From positions 16,123 to 80,122 of the forward strand of contig BTVV01000016.1 in the NCBI GenBank assembly GCA_045863855.1: DNA of 64,000 nt. The letters are read 5' to 3'. This DNA comes from Planctomycetota bacterium (GTDB lineage Bacteria; Planctomycetota; SZUA-567; H5-PLA8). The stretch's first letter is position 1; every line of letters starts with the position of its first letter. A program made the translations under genes and the position numbers. The notes under the pieces were generated by a model. That model saw nothing but the letters and a program-made list of their open reading frames with translations. It was not told where the DNA came from and made no database searches. Shown here one piece after another: positions 1-9,700 of this stretch.

Positions 1-1
1 G

Positions 2-676
2 AACGGCACCGACAATTGGTCGGAGCAGAAAGAGCATGGCTTCCAGAAACATCGCGCGTTTGACGAACTGACGAGCGGTCCGGTCTTCGGGCGCTTTACC
101 GAAACGCTCGACTGGACTTCTCACCAAGGCCGCAAGGATTGCGAAGAGACGCGCCGGGTCACGGTATGGAACATGCCGCAGGACGCCAGGCTGCTGGACT
201 TGGAAGTTACGTTCAAAGCCACCGAAGGCCCCATTCACTTCGGCGATACCAAAGAAGGCGGAATCTGCTCCATTCGCGTGCCCAGTTCGATGGACGGCGT
301 CGCGACCGGCACGATAGAAAACAGCGCCGGAGGTGTGGGCGAAGGGGAATGCTGGGGCCGCGCCGCGCATTGGGTCGATTACCACGGACAAGTGGAAGGG
401 CAGCACCTCGGCGTCGCGGTCCTCGATCACCCGTATAACCTGCGTCATCCGACGCCTTGGCACGTGCGCGACTACGGACTCTTTGGCGCCAACCCGTTCG
501 GCCACAGCTACTACAAGAGTTCGTTGCTGGCCAACGGTTCGTACACCGTGCCGGCCGGCGAGTCGCTGGCGTTCAAGTATCGCGTCTATTTCCACCGCGG
601 CTGTGCGAAGCGTGGCGACGTGGCAAGCCGCTGGAACGATTACGCGTTTGCGCCCAGCGTGAAAGCAGCGGAATAG
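2..676 (+). CDS. PmoA-like (PF14100/DUF6807) family protein, 5'-truncated by the window edge
   Basis: The frame is open from position 2 (NGTDNWSEQ...). Family-typical motifs: FGDTKEGG, WGRAAHWVDYHG, DHPYNLRHPTPWHVRDYGLFGANPFG. Confidence 0.8.
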   Translation, partial: NGTDNWSEQKEHGFQKHRAFDELTSGPVFGRFTETLDWTSHQGRKDCEETRRVTVWNMPQDARLLDLEVTFKATEGPIHFGDTKEGGICSIRVPSSMDGVATGTIENSAGGVGEGECWGRAAHWVDYHGQVEGQHLGVAVLDHPYNLRHPTPWHVRDYGLFGANPFGHSYYKSSLLANGSYTVPAGESLAFKYRVYFHRGCAKRGDVASRWNDYAFAPSVKAAE

Positions 677-682
677 CTTCGG

Positions 683-1660
683 CTACAGCCGGACGCCTTG
701 GCCGGTCGCGAGCACCTGCGTCGCGGCCAAGGTGAGCAACGTGGTGCGCAAGGCGTCGCCGTAGTTGCAGCGCACACGCGATGGATCCTTGTGCCGGACT
801 GAGTCGACGAAGGCCGCGTCTTCCAGTGCGAAGATATTCTCTTCGCCCTTCACCGTCTCGGTCTCGAGTTTCGATTTGCGCACGTTTAACGTATGTTCCC
901 AGCCGGTGAAATCGAGCGTTTGGCGGCGCGTGAAAATCTTGAGTCCGACGCCGTAACCTGGAATGTTAGCGCAGCAGCTCAATACCACCGCGAGGCTTCC
1001 GTTGGGCATCACGAACGTTACGGCGCTCGCATCGTCGTTGTTGTAGCCTTCCACGTCTTCCACGAAGCCGTGCGCGGCGCGGCCGATGATCTCGACGGGC
1101 TCGCCGAGCAGGTACCGAATCAGGTCGACCGTGTGGGTGGTCTGTTCGACGAGCTGCCCGCCGCTGGTGCGCCGGTCGCCCCACCACGGCACGCGGTACA
1201 TGTGGCCGATCCAATGCCCAAAGGTGAGTATCGCGGGCTCCTGCGCAAGAAGTTCCTTGGCGCGTTCCACCGACCGGCGGTAACGGTTCTGGTAACCGGC
1301 AGTCGCGACAACGCCCGCTGCGCGTACCGCTTCTTCGATTTCCCGTCCGGTGTCGCCGTCGATGCAAATGGGCTTTTCGATGAAAAGATGGATGCCACGC
1401 TTGGCCGCTTCCTTTTCGATGCGTCCGTGCGCGTTGGGGGTGACGCAGACGTACACGGCGTCGGGCTCGACGGCGTCGTACATCGCCACGGCGTCGTCGA
1501 AGGCCTCCGCGCCAGGATAAGCGCGCGCCGTCGCTTCCGCGCGTGCGCGGTCCACATCGCAGAATCCCACCAGCCGCAGGCCGGGCATCGCCGCCAATGT
1601 TTGAGCATGCGCTTGGGCGATGTGCCCGGCGCCGGCAAAGGCTATCTTAAGATCGGACAT
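683..1660 (-). CDS. Gfo/Idh/MocA family NAD(P)-dependent oxidoreductase
   Basis: GAGHIA Rossmann motif, FIEKP motif, SGGQLVEQTTHTVD. Start placed at MSDLK (ATG 1660) with a GGGAG RBS. Confidence 0.92.
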   Translation of the reverse strand: MSDLKIAFAGAGHIAQAHAQTLAAMPGLRLVGFCDVDRARAEATARAYPGAEAFDDAVAMYDAVEPDAVYVCVTPNAHGRIEKEAAKRGIHLFIEKPICIDGDTGREIEEAVRAAGVVATAGYQNRYRRSVERAKELLAQEPAILTFGHWIGHMYRVPWWGDRRTSGGQLVEQTTHTVDLIRYLLGEPVEIIGRAAHGFVEDVEGYNNDDASAVTFVMPNGSLAVVLSCCANIPGYGVGLKIFTRRQTLDFTGWEHTLNVRKSKLETETVKGEENIFALEDAAFVDSVRHKDPSRVRCNYGDALRTTLLTLAATQVLATGQGVRL

Positions 1661-1872
1661 GCTCCCGCCTCGGGGTCGGTCGAAATTCGCGTGGCATGCG
1701 GCAAGATGCGCGTGCGTCCCGCGCACCGGTTCCGATTCGAGGGCGAAACCGTACGGAATACGTGTATCGTCCTAACCAGCGCGGACCGCCGCGTCAAACG
1801 CGGTTGAACCGATTCGCGCTTGGGGCATGGCGTGCCGCGCGTTAGGATGGGGGCGATTCAGGGGATGGGTAC

Positions 1873-2379
1873 ATGCGCCAGGCCGTTTTTATGAGTCTTG
1901 CCGTCGCATGCTTTGCGACGCAACTGCGGGCCGCCGAACCGGTGACGGGAGGCGGTTTGAAATCCGTACTGCCCGCCGGTTGGCAGACTGGAACGGCCGC
2001 CGCGGGCGAACTGGCCCTGAGCGAATCGGCCGGTCCGGCGCGCGTGCGCGCATGCCGGCTGGCGCGGAAAACCGCCGCCAATCCCGCACAGTGGGCGCGC
2101 GCTTACGTTAAATACTTCGTGGAAGGCGAGGGCCGCAAAGCGCTCGTGGCCGGTGTGGAGCCCAAGCGCGTAGCCGGCAAGCTCGGCGCTACGGCGGCTT
2201 TTTCGGCGGAGAAGCCAGGCGGCGACGCCAAAGCCGACAAGATCTGGCAGCGGCTCTACGTGATCCCTTCGAAGGAAGCCGATCAGGTGATCGTGGTCAT
2301 CTGCACGGCGCCGTCCAAGGAATTCCGCAAGTACGCGAAGGCCTTCGATCAAATTCTGGACGCGTTGGAAGAACAGTAG
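1873..2379 (+). CDS. Hypothetical exported protein
   Basis: N-terminal signal-peptide-like segment (MRQAVFMSLAVACFATQLRA-AE); typical codon usage; fills the gap between neighbouring genes. Confidence 0.7.
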   Translation: MRQAVFMSLAVACFATQLRAAEPVTGGGLKSVLPAGWQTGTAAAGELALSESAGPARVRACRLARKTAANPAQWARAYVKYFVEGEGRKALVAGVEPKRVAGKLGATAAFSAEKPGGDAKADKIWQRLYVIPSKEADQVIVVICTAPSKEFRKYAKAFDQILDALEEQ

Positions 2380-2381
2380 TC

Positions 2382-3383
2382 CTATTTTTCGCGCCAGTCG
2401 AAAGCGACGCCGAGCGCTTTATCCTTCTCTTCGAGCAGCATTCGGTACAGTTCGGGTCCTTGGCGCCATGGCGCGACGTGCGTGATCGCCGGACGCGGCC
2501 GCACCTGGCCGGCGGCGATCATATCCAGCAACGCTTCCTGGTTGCGTTCGACGGTGAACGGGTAATCGGCCGGATACGCAGAACCGCAGCCGACCATCGT
2601 CAGATTGCCCTTCTGGAAATTCGTGTACAGGTCCAGCGGTACCTGTCCGTGCACGCCGCCAAGCACGACGACGCGCCCGAATTCCGCGGTCGTCTCGACC
2701 AGTGTAGGCATCACGCGCGCGGTTCCGGTCGCGTCGATGGAGATGAACGGTCCCGAGCCGCGGGTGAGTTCCTTCAGGCGCGCCTTGAAGTCCGCCGCGG
2801 TCGGATCCAAGGCCGCATCGACGCCCAGCTTCGCCGCGATCTCGCGGCGCATCGGGACCGGGTCGATGCCGATGACCGGATAGCCCCCGGCCACCTTGGC
2901 CAAATGCGCCGCAAACGCACCGATCAGGCCCAGGCCGTAGACCGCGACCGAATCGCCCAGACGAATCTGACCCGCTCGAACGCCCCGCAACGATATGCCC
3001 AACAAGACCACCGAACATGCGTCCACCGAATCGACCTTATCCGGAATGGCCTGCACACGATCGGGCGTGACATTCGAGTAGGCGCTGTGGCCCCAGCCGC
3101 CGAGAACTCGCTGGCCAATCTTGAATTCGCCTCCGTCGCCTTCCAACCCGATTACGCGGCTCACGGCAATGTAGCCCGTCGCGCGAGGATACGTGGTCGG
3201 CTTCGTATGGGTGCCTGTGATGTGGTGCAGTTCGGTTCCTGGACTGACCATCGTGAACTCGGCCTTCAGGCGAAGCTCGCCGGGCTTCAAGGCTTCCAAG
3301 GGGCGAGCCGAGCAATCGACGACGTTCTTCTCGCGCACGCGTAGATAAGGGTTGGCAGTTAAGGAACCGGTTTCGCCAGGCAT
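2382..3383 (-). CDS. MDR-superfamily (zinc-binding-type) alcohol dehydrogenase
   Basis: VSPGTE motif, GY..V, GLGLIG NAD-binding motif, IDATG, ITH near the C-terminus. Confidence 0.88.
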   Translation of the reverse strand: MPGETGSLTANPYLRVREKNVVDCSARPLEALKPGELRLKAEFTMVSPGTELHHITGTHTKPTTYPRATGYIAVSRVIGLEGDGGEFKIGQRVLGGWGHSAYSNVTPDRVQAIPDKVDSVDACSVVLLGISLRGVRAGQIRLGDSVAVYGLGLIGAFAAHLAKVAGGYPVIGIDPVPMRREIAAKLGVDAALDPTAADFKARLKELTRGSGPFISIDATGTARVMPTLVETTAEFGRVVVLGGVHGQVPLDLYTNFQKGNLTMVGCGSAYPADYPFTVERNQEALLDMIAAGQVRPRPAITHVAPWRQGPELYRMLLEEKDKALGVAFDWREK

Positions 3384-3397
3384 AGAGATCGCTCCGC

Positions 3398-4408
3398 TTA
3401 GAGGCGCTTGATCAGCGCATCAGTGAACTGCACCGTTCCGGCCGTCCCGCCTATATCGCGAGTGCGTTCCTCGGGCTTGCCTTCGGCCAGCAGTGTGTTG
3501 TACGCGCGCTTGATGCGGTCGGCCGCGGAAGTCTCGTTCAGGTGATTGAGCATCATCACCCCGGACATAATCGCCGCGAGCGGATTGGCGAGGCCCTTGC
3601 CCGCGATATCGGGGGCCGAGCCGTGCACCGACTCGAATACCGCCAACCGCTCGCCGAAGTTCGCGCCCGGCACCACGCCCAAGCCGCCCACCAGCGCCGC
3701 GCACAGGTCGCTCATGATGTCGCCGTACAGATTTTCAAGCAGCAGGATGTCGAAGCGCGACGGATCGCGGACGACTTGCATGCAGCCGTTGTCGATGATC
3801 AGCTCGTTGTACTCGATGCTTGGGTGCTGTTTGGCTACGCGGCGTGCACAGTCGAGGAACAGACCGTCGGACATCTTCATGATATTCGCTTTATGGAATA
3901 CCGTTACGCGCTTACGTCCGCGGGATTCGGCGTACTTAAACGCAAACTCCGCGATGCGCGTCGAGCCCGCCTCGGTCACGATCTTCAGCGACTCGACGAC
4001 GCCGGGTACCACTTCGTGTTCGATGCCCGAATAAAGTCCTTCGGTGTTTTCGCGCACGATCACCACTTCGACGTTCTCGTAGCGCGTCGGAATGCCCGCA
4101 ATGCTGCGCACAGGACGTACCGCGGCGAATAGGTTCAGCTTCTGGCGGATCTGGACGTTGACGCTTCGGTGGCCCTTACCGATCGGCGTGGCGGTGGGGC
4201 CCTTGAACGCAACGGTGTGCTGGCGCAGCGCGTCCAGCGTGCTTTCGGGCAGGACTTCGCCGTACTTCTCGAAATGCTCCAGCCCCGCTTGGCGTTCGAT
4301 CCATGCGATGCGGACGCCCGTCGCTTCGATCAGGCGCTGGGCGGCGCCAATCACTTCGGGGCCGATTCCGTCCCCCTTGATGAGGACCACTTCGTGTTGT
4401 GTGCTCAT
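3398..4408 (-). CDS. icd: Isocitrate/isopropylmalate dehydrogenase family protein, likely NAD-dependent isocitrate dehydrogenase
   Basis: GDGIGPEV, RENTEGLY, HKANIMK, NLYGDIMSDL, FESVHGSAPDIAGKG. Confidence 0.88.
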   Translation of the reverse strand: MSTQHEVVLIKGDGIGPEVIGAAQRLIEATGVRIAWIERQAGLEHFEKYGEVLPESTLDALRQHTVAFKGPTATPIGKGHRSVNVQIRQKLNLFAAVRPVRSIAGIPTRYENVEVVIVRENTEGLYSGIEHEVVPGVVESLKIVTEAGSTRIAEFAFKYAESRGRKRVTVFHKANIMKMSDGLFLDCARRVAKQHPSIEYNELIIDNGCMQVVRDPSRFDILLLENLYGDIMSDLCAALVGGLGVVPGANFGERLAVFESVHGSAPDIAGKGLANPLAAIMSGVMMLNHLNETSAADRIKRAYNTLLAEGKPEERTRDIGGTAGTVQFTDALIKRL

Positions 4409-4935
4409 GATTGCGCTCCGTTGGGGTCGTTCGCTTCGCCGGGCTGAAGCTCGCCGCGCATTCGGTGCACGAGGACGTCCAACTCCGCCACGGCCTCCGC
4501 GTCTCCGGCGGCCTCGAATTCCAGGCGGCTGGCCGCGAATCGAGTCAGCGCTTCATCGTCGGCGCCGCGCGAGGTGGCGGTCAGGCCCAGTCCAAATAAC
4601 GCGCGTCCGTGCCAGGACCGGTCGCTTTGCCGTTCGGCTTGCTCCAGGACCGCGCCAAACAAGGCGTCGGCCTGGAGCAATAATCCTCGCGCCAGCAGGA
4701 TCTGTCCCTGTTCGAACAAGTTGGCCGCGCGCAGATCGTGACTGCTGGTGAAGTGGGTCTCCAGGATGCGCTGCTCGGCCAACAGGTGTTCCAGGCTGGC
4801 GCCAAAGTTATGCTCCTGCCGCTCAAGCTGTCCCAGCGCGCGGTGCATGCGCGCCTCAAGCGCCAGGTCGCCCGTGGCGTGCGCGTGCGCCAACTGTTCG
4901 GCGCATTGGGCGCGAACCCGCCGAAAGTCGATCAT
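4405..4935 (-). CDS. Short TPR-like helical-repeat protein
   Basis: Repeated A..LG.L helices (HRALGQL, LFEQGQI, LFGLGLT). ATGA overlaps with pepF upstream and icd downstream. Confidence 0.7.
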   Translation of the reverse strand: MIDFRRVRAQCAEQLAHAHATGDLALEARMHRALGQLERQEHNFGASLEHLLAEQRILETHFTSSHDLRAANLFEQGQILLARGLLLQADALFGAVLEQAERQSDRSWHGRALFGLGLTATSRGADDEALTRFAASRLEFEAAGDAEAVAELDVLVHRMRGELQPGEANDPNGAQS

Positions 4936-6668
4936 GCGCTTTCGAGCCGCGCCAGTTCTGCGGCCAGTGCATCGGTTAGCGGCTTTACGGTGCGTTCGGA
5001 GAAGTCGAACGTCGCCCCGGCGGCCTCGAAAAGTTCCGGCAGCGGCCTCGAGCGCCCCAGCGCCAGTGCCGAGCGGTATTTCGCGATGGCGCCTTTGAGG
5101 TCGTCCAAACTGTTGCGCCAAACCTGCAGCGCGCCGAGTTGGGCGATGCCGTACTCGATGTAGTAGAAGGGAGAACCGAAGAGGTGGCCCTGGCGATGCC
5201 AAAGATGCGATTCGGCCGCTTCGAATCCGCTCCAATCTTCGGTCCCGCCAAACCTCCGCAGTGTACTGAGCCACGCCGCCTTGCGCTCTTCGCGCTTATG
5301 CCCAGGATGCGTGTAGAGCCAGTGCTGAAATGCGTCGATCGTGGCGATCCACGGGAGCAGATTGATAATGCCTTCCAGGTGTGTGCGCCGGGCGCGCGCC
5401 GCATCTTCCGGACGATAGAACGCTTCCAGGTGCGGCCCGCCAAGCAGTTCCATGGCCATCGAAGCCACTTCGCAGAACTCCAGCGGCGCATGCCGGTATG
5501 CCAGCAGCGGCTCCCGGCGCGTGGCCAGTGCATGAAACGCATGTCCGCCTTCATGCAGCAGCGTCTCGACGTCGCGCTGCAGGCCCACCGCATTCATGAA
5601 GATGAACGGAAGCCGTGCTTCTTCCAGCGTGTACTGGTAACCGCCCGGCGCTTTACCTTTGCGTGATTCGAGATCGAGCAGACCGTGATCGACGAGTACT
5701 TGAAAGTCTGAGCCTAGTGCGGGGTCGATTTTTCCAAAGACAGCCAGAGTAGAGGTCACGAACGCTTCCGTGTCCTGAAACGGCCGCAACGCCGGACGGT
5801 TTTTCGGATCGACAGCCAGATCCCACGGCATCAGCCGTTCCACGCCCAGCAGCTTGCGGCGTCGGTCTTGAAGCTGCCGCGCCAGCGGGACCACGTGCGC
5901 TTCGACGGCCGCGTGGAATGCTTCGCAGTGCGCAGGGGTATAATCGAAGCGGCCGCGCGCGCGGAACGCGAAGGCGCGGTAGTCGGAACATTCCGCATTC
6001 TTCGCGATGCGGTCCCGGAGCGTCAGCAGCTTCTCGAACAGTGCTTCGATCGCTTCGCAATCGCGCAAGCGGCGCTGCACCACCATACGGAACGCCTCTT
6101 CGCGCAAAGTGCGGTCGGGGTCTTCGAGGAACTTGCCCATTTGTTGCAGCGTGCGCTCTTCCCCGCGAAAGAGGACCGTCATCGCGCCCATGATTTTCTG
6201 ATACTGCTGTTTCAGGCGCGCTTCTTCCGTCTCCAGCGGCACGTTCGCATCGCGGAACAGATCGACTTCGTTTCGCGTATCGCGTTCGAAAACTTCCCAG
6301 CGCCGCGCGGGCAAGTCGGCCCGGTGTGGGCAGGCCAAAAACAGTTGCGCAAGGCGCTGCCAGGCTGGCTTGAGCTTCGGCTCGATTTGTTCGACGAAAT
6401 CCAAGTAGGCGCGTTCGGTGGCCGGATCGTCGGTCTGGCACGTCATGCGAATGTAGCGCCGGGCGGTTTCCTGCTGCACCGCGGCATCCAGTTCCGATCC
6501 GTCCAGTACCCAGCGTTCCAACTCGGCCGCATCCGCCAGCGCGCGACCGCGCTCTTCGAGTTGCTTGAACAGGGGCTCGATATGAATCCAGTTACCCGGA
6601 TCGAAGGTCTCGGGTACAAAACGCCGGGACTGGTAAGGCTTCAGGGTTTCCAGTGCGGCGATGGTCAT
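4932..6668 (-). CDS. pepF: M3B oligoendopeptidase F
   Basis: HEGGH zinc motif, GKAPGGY, EVASMAME, PFYYIEYGIAQLGALQ. Start ATG 6668 with an AGGAG RBS. Confidence 0.93.
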   Translation of the reverse strand: MTIAALETLKPYQSRRFVPETFDPGNWIHIEPLFKQLEERGRALADAAELERWVLDGSELDAAVQQETARRYIRMTCQTDDPATERAYLDFVEQIEPKLKPAWQRLAQLFLACPHRADLPARRWEVFERDTRNEVDLFRDANVPLETEEARLKQQYQKIMGAMTVLFRGEERTLQQMGKFLEDPDRTLREEAFRMVVQRRLRDCEAIEALFEKLLTLRDRIAKNAECSDYRAFAFRARGRFDYTPAHCEAFHAAVEAHVVPLARQLQDRRRKLLGVERLMPWDLAVDPKNRPALRPFQDTEAFVTSTLAVFGKIDPALGSDFQVLVDHGLLDLESRKGKAPGGYQYTLEEARLPFIFMNAVGLQRDVETLLHEGGHAFHALATRREPLLAYRHAPLEFCEVASMAMELLGGPHLEAFYRPEDAARARRTHLEGIINLLPWIATIDAFQHWLYTHPGHKREERKAAWLSTLRRFGGTEDWSGFEAAESHLWHRQGHLFGSPFYYIEYGIAQLGALQVWRNSLDDLKGAIAKYRSALALGRSRPLPELFEAAGATFDFSERTVKPLTDALAAELARLESA

Positions 6669-6702
6669 GTGCGGCTCCTGCCCGGGTGAGGTCTTCGGGG
6701 CG

Positions 6703-6730
6703 AGGATAGCTCGCCGGGCGGAATTGTCAC
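6703..6730 (-). promoter_or_regulatory. Candidate sigma70 promoter for pepF
   Basis: GTGACA-16 nt-TATCCT on the minus strand, upstream of the RBS. Confidence 0.4.
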
Positions 6731-6746
6731 GCACAGCGTCAAGAGG

Positions 6747-9700
6747 TCAGAAATCCAGCCGCAGGTGCCGCGTGGGCCCCCAATTCCCGGCTTGATCCAC
6801 CGCGCGAACATGCACGTACCAGACCCCCTGGCGCGGCTCGTCGCGCCGCGTGTTCGAAGTATCGGTGATCCGCTTCGGCGCTTCGGAATCGGGCGTGCGG
6901 TCGATCAGCACCGAATAGCCTTCGATCCCGCTCGGGTCCTCCGCGGCCGTCCATTCCAGCACCCCGGCCTCGCCGTCGGCAAGCAGGTGCAAATTATCGA
7001 GCCAAAGCGCGGAACCGCGCTTGCACCCGCGTTGTCCGTGCGCCGTAAGCACGATCTGCGAAATGATCCGGGCAGGAAGCTGCGGAACCGCTTCGTCCAG
7101 GAGCGCGCGAAGATTCACGCCCGCGTGCCGCCACGATCCGCTTGCGCCGGCGGTCGCGATCTCGCCGAGGGTCCGCTCACCGCCCGGCGGGCCCAGGAAC
7201 CGGATCGTGTACCATTCGCCCAGCACCATAAGCTGCAGATCCAGCGCCATCTCTCCTTCTACTTTGTAGTCGAAGTGGAGCATCGGGTACTGGTCGAAGT
7301 ACCACGCGTTCTTGTGCAGCATCACCTGCACGTCGGCGTCGTCGGCCAGTGAAACGATTTTGATCGCCCGTTCTCCGTACGCCGCATCTTTGGGGTCGGA
7401 GGTCCAGTCGATCCTGCAATCGCGCAGCGGGCGGACGTGTCCCAGGGTCTCTTCGAAATCGAGCGCCATGCTTAATTCGAGCAGCATCGGCCGACGTGGC
7501 GTGCGCCCCGTCGCGCCGTCCGATGCGCAGTAGCGCAACTGGCTTACCGCCGGTCCTTCCGTATCGCGCGTACGGTCCACCATAAAGGTGAAGACCTGCG
7601 GCTCGATCATGCGGTTGCCTAAGGTGTCCTGCGCGCCGCCCACGAGCACCTGAACCTCGCCCGTTTCAGGCCATACCAGCCGTTCGCCCACCTTCGAGCC
7701 GTCGAACGTCAGAATGTTCGTACCCGCGTCCAGCACACATCCAAGCTGACCGTCGATGAAGAACTGACCGTTCACGCGCACTTGCACGCTACCGGGCAGG
7801 ATCACGTGATCCTCCGCGAAGTGCAGCCGGAAAGTCTTGCCCGTCATTGTCGATCCGGCCGCCGGTTCGGTCTTTACGATGCGCGGTGAGTGATCGTCGA
7901 GCCGGAACTTGTAGTGCGTCGTGGGCGACCATTGGCCCGCTGCATTCTTGCTGCGCACATGCAGCCAGCGCCAACCCGACTGGGCCGGAGCCGGCGTGCC
8001 GGGCGCTTCGCCCTCAGCCTGCCGCGCGCGCCGCAGCGCGGCTTCCACGCTCTCCTGAAGCCGCACGTCTTTGCCCACCGGAATGGTCTCCGGCTGCTCG
8101 TCGATCGTGGCCGCGTAGTCGGCCATCCCGGTCAGGTCGTGCGCCGTCCAGCGAAAGGCGATTCCCCGCGAGCGCGCCGCCGGAAGCGCGCGCAGCGCAT
8201 GAATCTGATAGGCCATTCCGCGCCGGTTGCCTTGATACCCGTGATCCTGCAGGGCCAGGTGATGGATCTCGTAGGCCGACGATCCTCCGCTGGCCGCGGC
8301 GAAATGCTTCAGCAGCGCGATCTCGCTCTTCCGCCACGTGCCGTCGTCCTTGAAATCTTCGGGTGGTCCCAGTTCTTCGCGGCGCAAGCGCGCAGTGGCC
8401 CATTCGCCGCCGCGGTCTTGGGCAAAGCCAATATCGTTGAGCAGCAGTACGTGCTGCCCGCCTTGTGCGCCTCGATAGAAGAGGTTGACCGGTACCTCGC
8501 TGGGAATGTTGTACTCCAATTCCAAGTAGGGCCATTGCGCGAGGTTGTAGACAGTGCCGGGCAGCGTGAGGCCGAAGTGCGCACCGTCCATCAGCGAAAC
8601 CACGCGCAGGCTGCCGGACTCGAGCGCCCAAGGCGGCGCGGCTTCGGTTTCGTACAGGGCCATTTCGCGTGTGCCGCCGGCCGGGGCCGTTTGGCTCAAG
8701 CGCAGCCTGGGCGCAACGGGAGCCCGGTGTGCGCGCCCACGGCCCAGTGCGGCATCCACATCCAGCCGCGCTTCGATTTCGGGCGCCGAGGCGGCCTTCC
8801 GTGCCGCGATGGCCTCCGTGAGCTTATACGTCCACGCCGTCTGGACGGGTTCCGCGACCGCCATGCCCGCGCGGTCGGCGAAGCGCCCCAGCGTCATAGG
8901 TACCAGCGCGCCATCCACCAACGGCCGTTCGCCCAGCGCGCGCCACAAGTCCACGCGCGCTTCCTGCTTTGTCTCGTCAAATTCGATCAGTTCTCCACCC
9001 AGCAGCCGGTCTTGAATCTGAATCTGCAGCGTATCGGGATCGACACCGCTTCCGCCGGGATCGGCGAAGCGAAGCGTCGCGTGCCGCCCGTCGCCGGCGG
9101 CATCGAACGGCCAGACGATTTCCAGAAGGCGCGGCGGCTCGCGGTCCACGTCGGAGCATTTCAGAAAGTACAGGTCGCTCGCCGAATACGAAGCGTGCAG
9201 CGCGTTACCGCCGAATCCCCCCAGCGCGTAGCTCCGATTGTCCAGGCAGGCCAGCAGCGGGCGCAGCGTCATGCGCGGCGGCTGGCGAAACCCGCGGCGC
9301 GACCAGAAGCGCCGCCAGTCCCGCCCCAAGTCGGCTTGGATCACGTGCCAGCGCCCGTCCGCCTTCGGGCCTTCCAGGCGGCCAATCAGCGGAAGGTCTT
9401 CGTTCGCGTCCTCGGGGCCGTTCAGGCGCCAGCGATAAAATTCCTCGCTGCCCAGATCCTTGAAGCATAAATCCACGAGCGTTCCGGGTTCGATGCGTAC
9501 CGCAAAGCGCAAGACCCCGTGATCGGAGAGATCCACCAGCGTCTTCTTCCACTGCAACGCCAACGGCCCGCCTCCAATTCCGTTCTCGACGCGCCACCCT
9601 TCGCCCGCACCCGCTTCGCCGGGCGCCGGCGCCGGAGCGGAAATCGGTTTGAACTCCAGTAGCGGTCCGCGCAGCGCCTTTTGCGCCGCAACGGGCAAGC

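Noticed and set aside
2..676. Methane monooxygenase, suggested by the family name PmoA
   Set aside because: The protein is soluble-looking with no TM helices and there is no pmoC/pmoB. This family is found in sugar-catabolism contexts and is not the particulate MMO subunit.
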